From Lama glama (Eukaryota), in contig CM052816.1 of the NCBI GenBank assembly GCA_028534125.1, positions 2,232,001-2,296,000 of the forward strand: a stretch of 64,000 nucleotides of DNA, given 5' to 3'. The stretch's first letter is position 1; the number at the start of each line of letters is the position of its first letter. Made by a program: the position numbers and the translations under genes. A model generated the notes under the pieces. It was given only the letters and a program-made list of their open reading frames with translations. It had not been told where the DNA came from and ran no database searches. Shown in pieces: positions 50,890 through 62,843 of the stretch.

Positions 50890-51340
50890 ATCTTTCCTTC
50901 CTCCCTTCCTTCGTGCTCAGCGTCCACTACAGGCCAGACAGGGCGGCCTAGGTGCAGGACCACAGGCAGACACGGCCCCTGTCTTCACTGAATTGTATCA
51001 TGTAAATAGAGAAGAAAGACACTAAATGCAATTTACAACTAACTCCTTAGATTTGTGCATAAAAGGAGTGGGGAGGAGTGAGCTGTCAGGAAAGCCTTCC
51101 TTGAGGAAATCCCACTCCTGCCAGAACCTAAGAGAGGGGTATGTTTTCACTTGACAAAGGGGACAGGAACAGATTTCCAGGCAGATGGAACAGCATGTGC
51201 AAAAGCCGTTTTGCTTAGGTGAGTTCAAGAAACCAGAAGGAGCCTGCGACGACGCCTATTGCCCCGGCCGCCAGGAGTGGCAGGGGGCGAGGCTGGGGGA
51301 GCTAGTGAGGGTTGGACCGCACAGGCCTGTGGATGCTCAG
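50890..51340 (-). mobile_element. L2 LINE fragment
   Basis: 'gtcaggaaagccttccttgagga...ttccaggcagatggaacagcatgtgcaaaagcc'. Confidence 0.8.
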
Positions 51341-52909
51341 TGGTCGGTGGCAGTTGGGAAGTGATGTGGGGGCCACACAAGGCTCAGTGTCAATTACTTG
51401 GACTTCTAGTGGTCGTGAAGGCCCAGGGAGAGCTCTCTCCGAGCAGCTTATAACCTCGCCCATCCCTGCCGGCCCTTGGAAGCTCACCAGGGAGGTGGCT
51501 GTGCCTTAATGCTGTCCCTCTGGTCACCTCTCCTTCTGTTAATAGCACATGTCTTTCAAATAAGAAGGGAGTCCAACATTTGAACAGTTCTGTTTTCCAG
51601 ATGGTTTTGGTTTATTGATTTTCTTTCCTCATAAGTAGCTTAGAAAGAGTTTACCTAATGACTTCTTTTTGAACTTGTAGAGATTTTTTTACCTTGGTAA
51701 GCCCTTTAGAACAGAGGGCTGCTGTGTTTCTTGACCTATGGAATGCATATTACTTGTCTAACCCCCAACACGTGGAAAACGGGATGAGGGAAAGTAAACA
51801 AAACAACAAAGAGAAACACCATCCTGGTCTCTCGCTCCCCTCCCATCACAGTCAGGGACTGAGTCACAGCTCCTGCTGAGCGCGGTACCACTGAAGTCCA
51901 CCCCCTCGTTTCCCAGAGAAGGACACTGAGAGCCGGGAAGGGCACGTAACCTGCTCCCGCGCACACAGCTCGTGTCCGTCAAGGTCTTCCTCGCCCTTGC
52001 CCGTGGTCCGCTGGCCGGCCAGTGTGGGCTTCGGGGGGCGCGCAGATGTCAGAGGACCTGGAGCTCACCCTGATGCCTTTCCATTTCCGCTTGCCCTGGG
52101 CATGCAGGGGTCTTCCTGGGATTCCAAGGGCCATGAGAAGCATGTCTGTAAAATCCCCCCAGCTCCCTGACAGAAATGCACCTTCAAAACACAAGGGCAG
52201 AGGATGAATGACTCAGACCTTTGCACCCAGACAGTGGCCCTTCACGGGACTGGTTTTGGTGCAGAACTCCAGCCAGGCCCACGTAGGCAAGAGCATTTTG
52301 GTGAAGGGTCTAGTTCAGCAGGAAAATGGGGGCGTCATCTCCTGTTCCTGAGGGTGGCATGTTTATGTCTTCTCAATCGGTTTTCCTGCTTGAAAAAGCA
52401 AGAGAGATGCAAGAACAGAAGATTAGGGTTAAGAAAATCTAGATGTGTCATGAAACAGAGGACGAAGGCCCCAGACTTTCCAGCATCAGATCAGGCCTTG
52501 TTCTTTGAGCGGTGGGGAAGGTGGCTTTTGTCTTCCCTTGCAATAGAAGGGACCCTGCAAGAAGTCAAGATAATGAACAAGGATGTAAGTGGCAACTGAT
52601 TTTCAAAGTAGCCCTTGAGTCATCCATAAAGTAAGTAAAGGAAACACCAGAAATCTTAGCCCTGGGGCTCGGTAGCCGGCAAGCTGTCAGCATCAGGCAG
52701 ATTAAAGAGCTGGTGAGCCCCAGGCCACTGCTAAGCAGGTGTTCTCCTGTATCTCTATTTGAATATGACACCACCAGCCCCATCGCTGACAAAGGAGAAA
52801 TCGTGCTCAGACTTTGCCGCCCTGCTTAATGGTGGCCAGGCCGGGTAGTAATTAGTATGTATTCTTTTTCTTCTTCTTCTTCTTGCTGCTGCTGCTATTT
52901 TTGGACTAT

Positions 52910-53370
52910 TGTCAGCTCACCTTTATGGAGCACTTACTATGAGCCAGCACTGAGGTCATCATTTGATTTATATCATTACATCAAATCCTTCCACAAATCT
53001 GATGAGCTATAACAATTACCATCCCCATTTTACAGATGAGAAAAGTCGGGGTTAGTGAGTTGAGCAGCTTACCCAAAGCCACCAAACGGATTAGAATTGG
53101 ACCTGGGCCTCGACCTTGGCCAGGTCTCCCGAACCGCAGAGCTCTGTGTCATGGGGGAACTAAGTAATGACTACACACGCTCACTGAGCCCTTACTCTGA
53201 TGGGCACGTGGTGCTGTGGGCGCCACATTGCGAAGATGAGGAAAGTGAGACCAGAGAGAGGTTAAGTCACTTGCCCAGAGTTGCACAGCGAACACACAGT
53301 AGGGGGAGGATTCAAACCCTGAGAGCCTGACTGCATTCAGAGTCTGTACTTTGAACTGCTTGCTCTAGGC
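52910..53370 (-). mobile_element. Two tandem MIR SINEs
   Basis: 'gagcacttactatgagccagcactg...ccccattttacagatgag' and 'gatgaggaaagtgagaccagagagaggttaagtcacttgcccag'. Confidence 0.88.
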
Positions 53371-53475
53371 CTGATGCTAAATTTTTTCCCTCTCTTAGCC
53401 TACTGTTCCTACTTTTCTCAATACAAGAAAGGCAGTTATGCTCGTATTTTAAATAGACCTTTCAGAAATTAGCCC

Positions 53476-53477
<2 letters not shown>

Positions 53478-53526
<49 letters not shown>

Positions 53527-53536
53527 CATACACATA
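53478..53536. repeat. (AT)22 microsatellite with a CATA tail
   Basis: Direct reading. Confidence 0.95.
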
Positions 53537-54409
53537 TTTGCTTTATTGGGCATATTGTGTGTACTTACCTTAGAGTTCTTTTTCCTTCAATGGTCTGCTT
53601 TTCCTCACGGCTACAGTCAAAGAAAATGCTGTTTTATTTGCTGACTGGTGTGTGTTCTGGGAGGCTGGCAAGATAAGAGAGAGGCTGGTAATATTTTATT
53701 TCTTTGCAAGGGTATTCTGACTCCGCTGTCTAGAAATCATGTGTTGACCATGTGGACTCCCTGGCACATATACCAGGTAGAAGAAAAAAAAGACCACGAG
53801 AAAAGGGTAAAATTGTTAGATGGCCGTTAGGACGCTGAGAGCCTCCTTCCGGGATACGGAAGGGTTACGAAGCCTCACGCCACAGTGGGAAAAGACAGTG
53901 AGACACTGAGATAGATTTGGGGAGGAAGTTTTCTTTGATGACTTTCTTGACAAACCTGTCAACTGTGGGAAACTTCCAGCTTTGGGTGTTTTGTGTGACC
54001 TAATAAATGAGTGCACCACACCTAACTTATTTTAATAAGCACAGGGGGTCAGGGGTGCGGTGGGGGGCAGAGTGGTGTTCTGCGTTTATTTTGGAACAAA
54101 ATGAAAGGACTTTTTTTTTCCTAGCCTAAGTTTTTGTCTCTTATTTCTTTGGTTACAAAAGCATCATAATTCCAATTGTATTTATCTGCATAGTCGATTA
54201 TTTCCAAGCCAAGGGCCTCTTCCTATTTACTTTCCACTTACTTGAGACTATCAGAGGATTCGAGTCCTGTGGATCTGCAAATGAAAGCTTCCTGCCCTGG
54301 TCATAAATCTTCTTGAGATATTGAGGGGCAGTGACCAGGAGTGGATTTGAAACATATTTTGTGTGAACATTTTCAGTTATACACACAGAAATAAACAAAC
54401 AGAGCACTG

Positions 54410-54530
54410 CCTCTACCTTGCCACATGACCTCCATCCTGTACTTTGATTTCTTTGGGCCTCAGTTTCCTCATCTGTTAAGTGGGGTTGGAGGCAGGGTGG
54501 GGGGCTTGGTGAGCCCTTTAGGCCCTGATT
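54410..54530 (+). mobile_element. MIR core fragment
   Basis: 'gggcctcagtttcctcatctgttaagtggggttgga'. Confidence 0.75.
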
Positions 54531-54835
54531 TCTTGCTTGAACTTGGCTGATTCTGTGTGAGGTCTCCTATCTCCTGAGCTGCCGCTGCTGCACACACACT
54601 GCCTTGGTGAGAGGCCACGAGAATGCCGAGGTGATGGTCATCCCCCAGGACAAATCGGAGGCCAGCCTCCCTTCACCTTCGGCATTTCTGCAGAAGGCTG
54701 ACAGTGGGTTCCAGGAGGCCTTGGGAAGGCCCCCAGCTGTGACTTGCACAGCCCCTTAGGTACCTCTCACCCAGTGTTGTTCTTTCTGAATTCCTTTAGC
54801 TGAACCCTCTTGATGGTTAGCAGTGAGCTTTTAGA

Positions 54836-55107
54836 CTAGGTTTCCCACGCAGTGTGTGAGATGACTTTAGGAAACAGAGGGAAAAACATTAAAAAAAATT
54901 TTTTAATGGTTATGTCTATCTTAATACGTAAGCAAAAAAATTTACAACGCACTCCAAAGTCATGATCTTACAGCTATTATTGCTAAGGGCAAGACTCAAC
55001 TTAAAGTAAGTCAATCTAAACAAAAATAGTAACTATAATGCTAAGCAAGTTGTGGAGTAAGTGGCAGGGAACGGGACAAACCCAGGACTGAAGTTTGGGA
55101 AATACTG
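54836..55107. mobile_element. MER113A-like hAT-Charlie MITE
   Basis: Termini 'taggtttccca'...'gactgaagtttgggaaatactg'; internal 'tttaatggttatgt'. Confidence 0.65.
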
Positions 55108-55969
55108 TTTCAGAGGACTTTAGGTTCGGGGGAAGTAATAATTCTTTCATGTCACCAGGAAACAGTGTAGGATTCTGGGAAACTTTTTTTTTTTAATGAG
55201 TCAAATACTGTATTTTAATAGAAAACCGTTTTAGCTCAGTTTACCATGAGAATAGACTTAATGTCCTCATAGGATTTTAAAGATCAAACCGTCACCCAAG
55301 CTGTTAACTCTGTGTTTTCTTTTTAAACAAGTGGTGCCTGCATTCAGAGAGCAGAAATTAGTGTGGAAAGGAGGATTTGAGTCAAGGGGGAGAGACTCAG
55401 CCAGGGTCCACCCAGGCAGCGCATTATGATAATATATACGGAACCAGCTGGACACTGAGCAAAGCTGACATTGTGTTGTCAGGGGCAGGATCGCCCATCA
55501 ATTTCCAAGATAGGATTTGAGTTCAAGTGACAGAGAGAGCAGCGACCGCGTGGAAACTGATGCGGGGGGGAGGGGCGGGGCAGGCAGGAACTAGCCAGGC
55601 CTGAAGAAGGGAAGTCTGGTGCCTCCGGAAGGGGGTGGCTCTGTTTTCTCATCTGGCTGCTACCCTTCCTTCTAACCTTAACATCTGTCAGCAAGACCCA
55701 CCTGGGCCCTTGCATGATGAGAGCCCAGCGCCGGGGGAGCTCACTGGTGCTAATTTTAACCCCCATGAGAATGGAGTGCCTGCTGCTGGAGTGGGGACCC
55801 AATCACCCTAGGAAACTGGACTCCACGGAGCCCCTGCCGTATCCACTGAGGAAGCCCCGTGTCGGGGTAGTGGCGGCTGAGAACCCCTGGAAGATGTCTC
55901 AACTTTTCAGCTAGTCTGTTTCATGCCTCACCTCAGTATGTGAACGACTCTGATAATGATTCTTAAGTT

Positions 55970-56360
55970 CGTTTGCTTATTCACTGAGCATTCAGTCACT
56001 CATCGATGTAACATATATTTATTGATTGACTGCCTCCCCTGTTAAATAACAGGGGTGCAGAGGTGAACACGGTAGGCACGGTTGCTGACATCATGAGGTA
56101 TTTAGTCCCGTGTGTGTATATTTTTGTGTCGTCATTAAGGAAATAACTGCACATAGAACTACTTAGATTGAAGTGATGGTAAGCAAGAGCTATCCCGGAG
56201 AGACAGAGCCTGCTAAGAGAGCTTTAAACAAGGGGGCTCAGCCAAGCCTGAAGAATCAACAACACTTAAATTTTAAAACAAGAAGGAGTAGCGTTTTGTC
56301 AGACAAGGAGAAAGGAGCGGTTTAGAGGGGAATGCATGTCCAAAACTCCATGGGAGCTCA
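55970..56360 (-). mobile_element. L2 LINE 3' fragment
   Basis: 'cattcagtcactcat...acatatatttattga' reverse tail plus body. Confidence 0.65.
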
Positions 56361-56498
56361 AAATATTAAAAAGAAAAACATGGGGGAAAACTAATCGGAA
56401 AAGCTGGTTAGGTCTGAGATCCATTTTTGAGAAAATAAATTTGGAAATTTCCCATAGGTTGCTTTCTCACTGAAACCTGGAAAAATGGATCCAGTGTA

Positions 56499-56719
56499 TT
56501 TTTTTTCATATATATTTGTATTGAAGTACAGTCAGTTTACAATGTTGCGTTAGTCTCTGGTGCACAGCATAATGCTTCAGTCAAACATGTACATCCATGT
56601 GTTTGTTTTCATATTCTCTTTCACCACAAGTTACTGCAAGAAATTGAATATAGTTCCCTGTGCTCTACAGTATGAACTTGTTGTTTATCTATTTATATAT
56701 ATGTATTAGTTAGTACTGC
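56499..56719 (-). mobile_element. Camelid L1 3' end
   Basis: 'tattgaagtacagtcagtttacaatgttg...tgaatatagttccctgtgct'; TSD tggatccagtgtattttt / tgggtacaatgtattttt (15/18). Confidence 0.9.
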
Positions 56720-56799
56720 TGGGTACAATGTATTTTTGTAATCACAGGCTACCAGAAGCGTTTGCCCAGTTAAGTGCTAGCTGTTACCAGTGTTTCGCA

Positions 56800-56930
56800 C
56801 GCTGAGCGTTTACTAGCCATCAGGTTTAATGCCGAGCACTTTGTATCACCTCTTTCAATGCTCTGAACCGCCATAGGAGGGCACTACACTTATTCTCTCC
56901 GGTGAGCAAATGAGGGACACTGAGTCCATC
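56800..56930 (-). mobile_element. MIR fragment
   Basis: 'tgagcgtttact...caaatgagggacactgag'. Confidence 0.55.
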
Positions 56931-58009
56931 TTTCAAACATTTGTTTGTGGCCAAAAAGGAAAAAAGAGTCGGATTTTTGTGTCTGCAGCGTTTGGACCTC
57001 CAAGTAGCTGACACAGGTGGACATCACCACTGTTCTTTCCTCTTTAGTCATTGCTGGTCCCCTCACTTTGGACTTCAGAGGTGGAGAGAAATTCTCTTGC
57101 CATTTGATCATGTAATATAATTCCTGCTTCAACTGAAGCAAATTGACGACGTTACTCAAAGGCAAATTGAAAAGCCAGATCTGTGCTGAATCCCCAGGGT
57201 GCGTTAGTTGGCATGTGCAGTGATATATGGGAAGGTGCTTTTCTGGGTTAAGATAAAAAAAATCCTGGTATCACGTCACGCTATCGGGCACCCCATCTCA
57301 ACCTCCCTGTGCCGGCCCTGCAACCTGAAAATACTCAGTGGACAGAAATGAAACTTTATAGAAATTAGCTGATCATCATCCTTATCAGATGAATACGATG
57401 CCGTCAGCAGGATTCTAGCATCCTCAGAAAATAAGAGAGTTACCTGGAGAGGAGCAAGAGAAAAGGGAAGGCATGGATCATAGGACTTTGCTGCCAGCCC
57501 GCCTTGGGCAAGTTGGCCAGGAGATGTCCTAGCAATTCAAATCCTGCTTAAACGTGTGCTGCTGGTCAGTCATAACGGAGGCACCGACATGGGAAACCAG
57601 ACGGTAACCAGAGAAGGAAAAGAAAAGCGAAACACAAAAGTAACACTGTCGGGCCCACAGGGCACAGGAAGAGAACTGAGTTGGCCAAATACTTATCTGA
57701 CCACTAAGCATGAAAGCGGAACCCAAGTACTAATATATTTTTATCCCAATCTGTGAAATGAATATTTTATGTGCGAACGTACGCTCCTGAGTTGCTGGCT
57801 TCTCTAATTGACAGTTGCAAACAGCAGGACCCCAGTTGTTCAAACCCACATTCTTCACCCGTGGTTCTGGGGGGCGACAGGCAGCAGGAGCAGAGGAAGA
57901 GAGGCAGCAGGTCTGGGGCTTCTTCTCAGCACATGATTGTCTTTCATCCCCTGGGGGCACAGTGAGAGAAGTGTCAAAAGACAGGTGTATCTAAAATACA
58001 TACAAATAG

Positions 58010-59077
58010 CAATAACAGAACAGGAGAAAATATTTGCAAAAGGGAGACGGACGAGGGCTTAATTTCCAAAATATATAAACAGCTCATGCAACTTAATAAT
58101 AATAATAATAAAAACCCAATCCAAAAATGAGCAGAAGACCTANNNNNNNNNNNNNNNNNNNNNNNNNNNNNNNNNNNNNNNNNNNNNNNNNNNNNNNNNN
58201 NNNNNNNNNNNNNNNNNNNNNNNNNNNNNNNNNNNNNNNNNNNNNNNNNNNNNNNNNNNNNNNNNNNNNNNNNNNNNNNNNNNNNNNNNNNNNNNNNNNN
58301 NNNNNNNNNNNNNNNNNNNNNNNNNNNNNNNNNNNNNNNNNNNNNNNNNNNNNNNNNNNNNNNNNNNNNNNNNNNNNNNNNNNNNNNNNNNNNNNNNNNN
58401 NNNNNNNNNNNNNACTTACTGTATGACCCAGGAATCCCACTCCTGGGCATATATCCAGAAGGACCCCTACTTCAAAATGACACCTGCACCNNNNNNNNNN
58501 NNNNNNNNNNNNNNNNNNNNNNNNNNNNNNNNNNNNNNNNNNNNNNNNNNNNNNNNNNNNNNNNNNNNNNNNNNNNNNNNNNNNNNNNNNNNNNNNNNNN
58601 NNNNNNNNNNNNNNNNNNNNNNNNNNNNNNNNNNNNNNNNNNNNNNNNNNNNNNNNNGGAGATTGTCATACTAAGTGAAGTAAGCCAGAAAGAGAAAGAA
58701 AAATACCGTATGATATCAACTATATGGACAATCTGAAAAAAAAAGACAAGTGAACTTATTTACAAAACAGAAACAGACTCACAGACATAGAAAACAAACT
58801 TATGGTTACCAGGGGGTGGGGGAATGAGGGTGGGAAGGGATAAACTGGGAGCTCGAGATCTGCAGATACTGACATATATAAAATAGATAAACGAAAGTGC
58901 CACACTGTATAGCACAGGGAACTATATTCAGTATCTTATAATTTATGGTGAAAAAGAATATGACAATGAATATATGTATGTTCATGTATGACTGAAGCAT
59001 TGTGCTGTACATCAGAAATTGACACAACATTGTAAACTGACTGTACTTCAATAAAAAAATATATATACAAAAAAAAT
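58010..59077 (+). mobile_element. Camelid L1, ~1.07 kb 5'-truncated (ORF2 C-terminal remnant plus 3' UTR), two internal N-runs
   Basis: 'ggagaaaatatttgcaaa...aaaatatataaacagctcat...tatgacccaggaatcccactcctgggcatatatcc...aagtgaagtaagccagaaagag'; AATAAA at 59050 and A-rich tail. Confidence 0.93.
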
Positions 59078-60849
59078 AAGTGAATGGGTGACACTGAAGT
59101 GGAAAATTTAAAAAAAAAGCAATAGACTCTGGCTGTAATTTAGAAGAACGATTAAACTTATCGTGGTTGGTGCAGATTGAGACCTTTTTTCTTTCATTCT
59201 TCGTTATTCTTCAGCTACTTCTCCGTTGAGCACAGTTGGGAAGACAGCAGGTTCTGAGCACCTACTGTGTGCGCCTGAGATAGACGCTTTCAGATGTGTT
59301 ATGTTGAGACTGTGGAAGAGGGGGGACTGTGTCCCAGTGGTCCCAGTGTATTTTATCCTGTCTTAGTGGAGGAGGAAAATATGGTTGTGGTCATTCCTTG
59401 CTAAAATCTCCTGGCTGAATCACCAAGCCAGCTGTGTTCTTCCAGTAACTGTTATGTGCAACAGGTCTATAAAGTCAGACCTCAGATTCCTCTACCTTTC
59501 AACTTTGGCAGAATCCGAAAAACTCCTCTTGATTTGGTTAGCTCAGGCCTGTGGAATCCAATCCTTGTTGCTCAAAAGAAAAAAAAAAGTTGAGGAAAAT
59601 GTTATTGGGGATACGGTTTTAGGATAACCTATTTAATCAGTAAACGTTTACCATTTTCCTTTTATGTGCAAAATTCTATCATGAACATCATGGAGATAGA
59701 GAATGTCTAGACGAAATGAAAGTTAGGGAGAAGTGCCCGACGGGTTAAAAATGCAAGTTCTCGCAGTGTTACTATCGCTTACGTTCAATGTTCTATCTCT
59801 GTGGTTAGCAGCCCAACCAGCAACAATAGAAAAGCTTCTAAGCCTCAAAGTCTGGCAGGATTTTCAGCGTTCCTGTGTTTAAATTGGCACCTGTGGTATT
59901 ATATGCGGATGCCGTTTTTTGAGCTTGGAAACAGAAGAGGGTAAAGAGAGATTTTACTATAATTCATATGTGGGGCTGAGTCTTAGGGGGAAAATAACTT
60001 TACTTGGAAACAGAGTAGCAATATTCTGTAAAGTTAATAAACACCCACCCTCTGTCTTGGGAATAAGGAATTTCACAACTAAGATTTTTATGGGACTTTG
60101 TCTGTGTTTATATGATTGAAGTGACTATTTTAGCCAAACTGAGCAGGCATTTCAGATAAATACCAAAACTGAAGGGTAGTTTGGGTGTTTTAAATACCTG
60201 ACTTTATCAACCAGATTCTTACAGTCTCAAGTTCAAGTGAATTTCTAACCTCATTTCTAGAGTGGAATTTAAAATAACATTTCCTTGCCCACCACTCAGG
60301 GTTGACATTAAGAATATTTAGGAGAATGTGTGGGCAACCCGTTTGAAAACTTAATAGGGCTCGTTAATTGTCAGGTATCGGTTAAGTGCAGAGGACTGCA
60401 CCCCCTTTGCAAATGAACGAGGTCTTTGCCTTCAAGGGATGTGTTGACAGTTGGGTTGATTGGCACACATATACACACACCCAGCTGTACACATACACAA
60501 GTGTGTATCTCAAGACAAAGTCTCAAGTAAAAGTGTGGTTAAGTCATGAATGACTGGGAAAGACATGAAGGAGTTCCCTGGAGAGTTGGCGTTTTGTAGA
60601 TAGACTGGGATAGAAACAGTTCTCATGGAAGACCAGTCTTTGGGCACAGTACCATTGGACTAGGTAGGAGTGAGTGGTGTAACCTTCTTGAAAAAGAAAT
60701 GCTGGAAAAGTGCAAAGCATGTCTGGAGACAGTGGGTTTGGAGAGTCTGCCATTATCTTCTCTGTGTTCTTTTTCCCTATCTTCCTCCTCCTCTTCCTGT
60801 AACTTCCCCTTCTCTTCATTCCGTCTCACATCTATTCATTGCTTCTTCT

Positions 60850-61050
60850 TTGCTGAGCTCTGTGCGCACAGATTAACTCACGTAAAACCCTCACAGCCGT
60901 CCCGTGAGTTGGGTTCTGTTATAATTCTATCTCCAGTTGGACTGGTAGGAACTGAGGCTTCAGAAAAGTAAAGTAAGTTGCCCAGGCTGGTGAGTGGAGA
61001 AGCTGGAACATGAGCTAAGGCTTCCTGAATGCAGAGCCAGTGCTCTCGAT
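60850..61050 (-). mobile_element. MIR SINE
   Basis: 'gaactgaggcttcagaaaagtaaagtaagttgcccagg'. Confidence 0.8.
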
Positions 61051-62014
61051 CTCTGCCGAGCCCTTCCACCAGTGTGGGGCAGGTGGGGAGCGAGGTTGGA
61101 AGGGGAGAACTAGCCAGACTCACGAGGGTGGACTTGACCCTGGAGGCTAAGGGGAGAGGACAGAAAGCTTCTGAGCAGGGCAGCATCATTTTGAAAGTGG
61201 GCATCACGGGAAGGTTTTTCTGGGGTTTGGTGTGTAGATGGGACTTAGCACGTGATTGATGATGTGAGCAGAAGTGAATCACGATCAGGCAAAGGGGAGT
61301 GTCTGCAGTCCAGATCGAACAGCTCAACCCGCAAAGGGTAATTTTTGAGGAGGATGAGTCAGTGCAACGTGGGGTTCAAGTGGAAGTGGTGTTCCCACTC
61401 TCCTTTGCTGCTCTTTCTGGGTGGGTTTTGATGATGGTGCTTGTGATGTCACTGACCATCACCACGGAAACATCTGTGCTGTAACAAACACTGGAGCGCA
61501 GCATCCCCCAGTGTGCCAGGGAGGAGAGGAAACTGGCTCAAAACGATAAGGTTCTCAATAATAAGAGCTCTCTCAAACACGTTAGCCGTAGGAGCCTCGC
61601 TCATGGAGAGAAATGTAAGCATTACTATTCCGAAAAGCCCAAAGCAGGAGTTGTGCATTACTGGGGGCGGGGAAAGGTTGATTTTAAGGTGCTGCTCATA
61701 TCCAAATCACAGTTTCCTTAAAAGAAGTCACCATCTATGCTGTCTTGTACGATGACAGTAGAAACCCTTCGGGAGCATGGAGCTCGTCTCCCAAACTGTT
61801 CATAAAAAATCCTCTGCAGGGCACAGGAAGGCTAGCCGGGGAACTTCTGTGTTGTTCTGGGCTGAACAGTCAGAAGCAGAACTGCCAGTGGTTGTGGCTT
61901 GTCTTTGTTGTTTGATGAGTCAATGGCAGTATCAGTTGTGCAGTTGTGGAAATTAATAACTAACAGATTGTTCTTGGTCCTCGAAGGACCGATAGACGTT
62001 GCACACTGATGGGT

Positions 62015-62501
62015 CAGATCATGAACTGAATCCAGCTCCAAGTCATAGTCAGGTTTGGTGCTCATGGTGCTTTACGAAGCTATGTACTTGGTGCTTTACA
62101 ATTAGAAATGAAGAGATCGTATATGAAAATCTGGATGTGCACATTCCCTTAATATTCAGAAGAGCTGTGGGGGAGGGTGTCGCTCAGTGGTAGGGCACAC
62201 GCTTAGCATGTGTGAGGTCCTGGGTTCCATCCCCAGTACCTTCATGAAAATGTATTAGTAAAAAACCTAATTACCCCCACCCCAAATTTAAAAAAATTAT
62301 TCAGAAGAGCTGGTAGCGCTGGACCCACATTCTCAAATGGCAACAATTAGGTCAAACTGAGAAGCTGTGTCCCTTTTTTTGGGAAGGGGTTACACTGTCG
62401 TTGGCCACGCTCCCTTCCCTCTCCCATTTTGTTGCCCCCAACCCCTTGTGTTTATGTACCTTCCTGTCTGCCTCTATGAGTATTTGATTTTGTGATCACT
62501 G
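62015..62501 (+). mobile_element. MER102-like element interrupted by a SINE
   Basis: 'aaaatctggat...ctggacccacattctcaaatggcaacaatt...gagtatttgattttgtgatcactg'; similar to 18194-18491. Confidence 0.7.
62168..62297 (+). mobile_element. Camelid tRNA-derived SINE (Vic-1-like) with perfect 15-bp TSD
   Basis: GGGGGAGGGTGTCGCTCAGTGGTAGGGCACACGCTTAGCATGTGTGAGGTCCTGGGTTCCATCCCCAGTACC; TSD tattcagaagagctg at 62153-62167 and 62298-62312. Confidence 0.92.
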
Positions 62502-62624
62502 TTGGAAGAATTACAGGCTAATTTTTCCTAGCTCAGTCCCTGGCGTACGGAGGCTGCCCCACGCGTGGTAGCTCTGATTATTCTGTCAGTTACAAGCTCG
62601 GTTATTTGCACCTGATCCGCAGGT

Positions 62625-62843
62625 CAGCACCGTTCCACAGAACTTCCTGTGATGACAGAAATGCTCTTCCTCCGTACCGTGATATCCGCTGTGCCAGTCA
62701 CTAGTCACATGTGGCTACTGGCCACTTAAAATGTGGCTAGTATGACCAAGAGAATAACTTCTCCTTTTATTTAATTTTCATTAATTAAAAATTAAGTTTC
62801 AGTAGCCACATATGGCCAGTGGCTACCACACTGGGCAGAGCAG
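62625..62843. mobile_element. MER3 hAT-Charlie MITE
   Basis: 'agaacttcctgtgatgacagaaatg...cactagtcacatgtggctactggccacttaaaatgtggctagt...tagccacatatggccagtggctacc'. Confidence 0.88.

Noticed and set aside
57974-58674. ORFs spanning N-runs (also at 5831, 18458, 30969, 45025, 49028)
   Set aside because: Artefacts of N translating as X. The L1 is 5'-truncated and cannot encode a functional ORF2.
59180-59240. Acceptor-like 'ttcttcgttattcttcagCTACT' resembling the start of the next EBF1 exon
   Set aside because: Downstream sequence does not encode TPCIKAISPSEGW. The next exon lies beyond the window.
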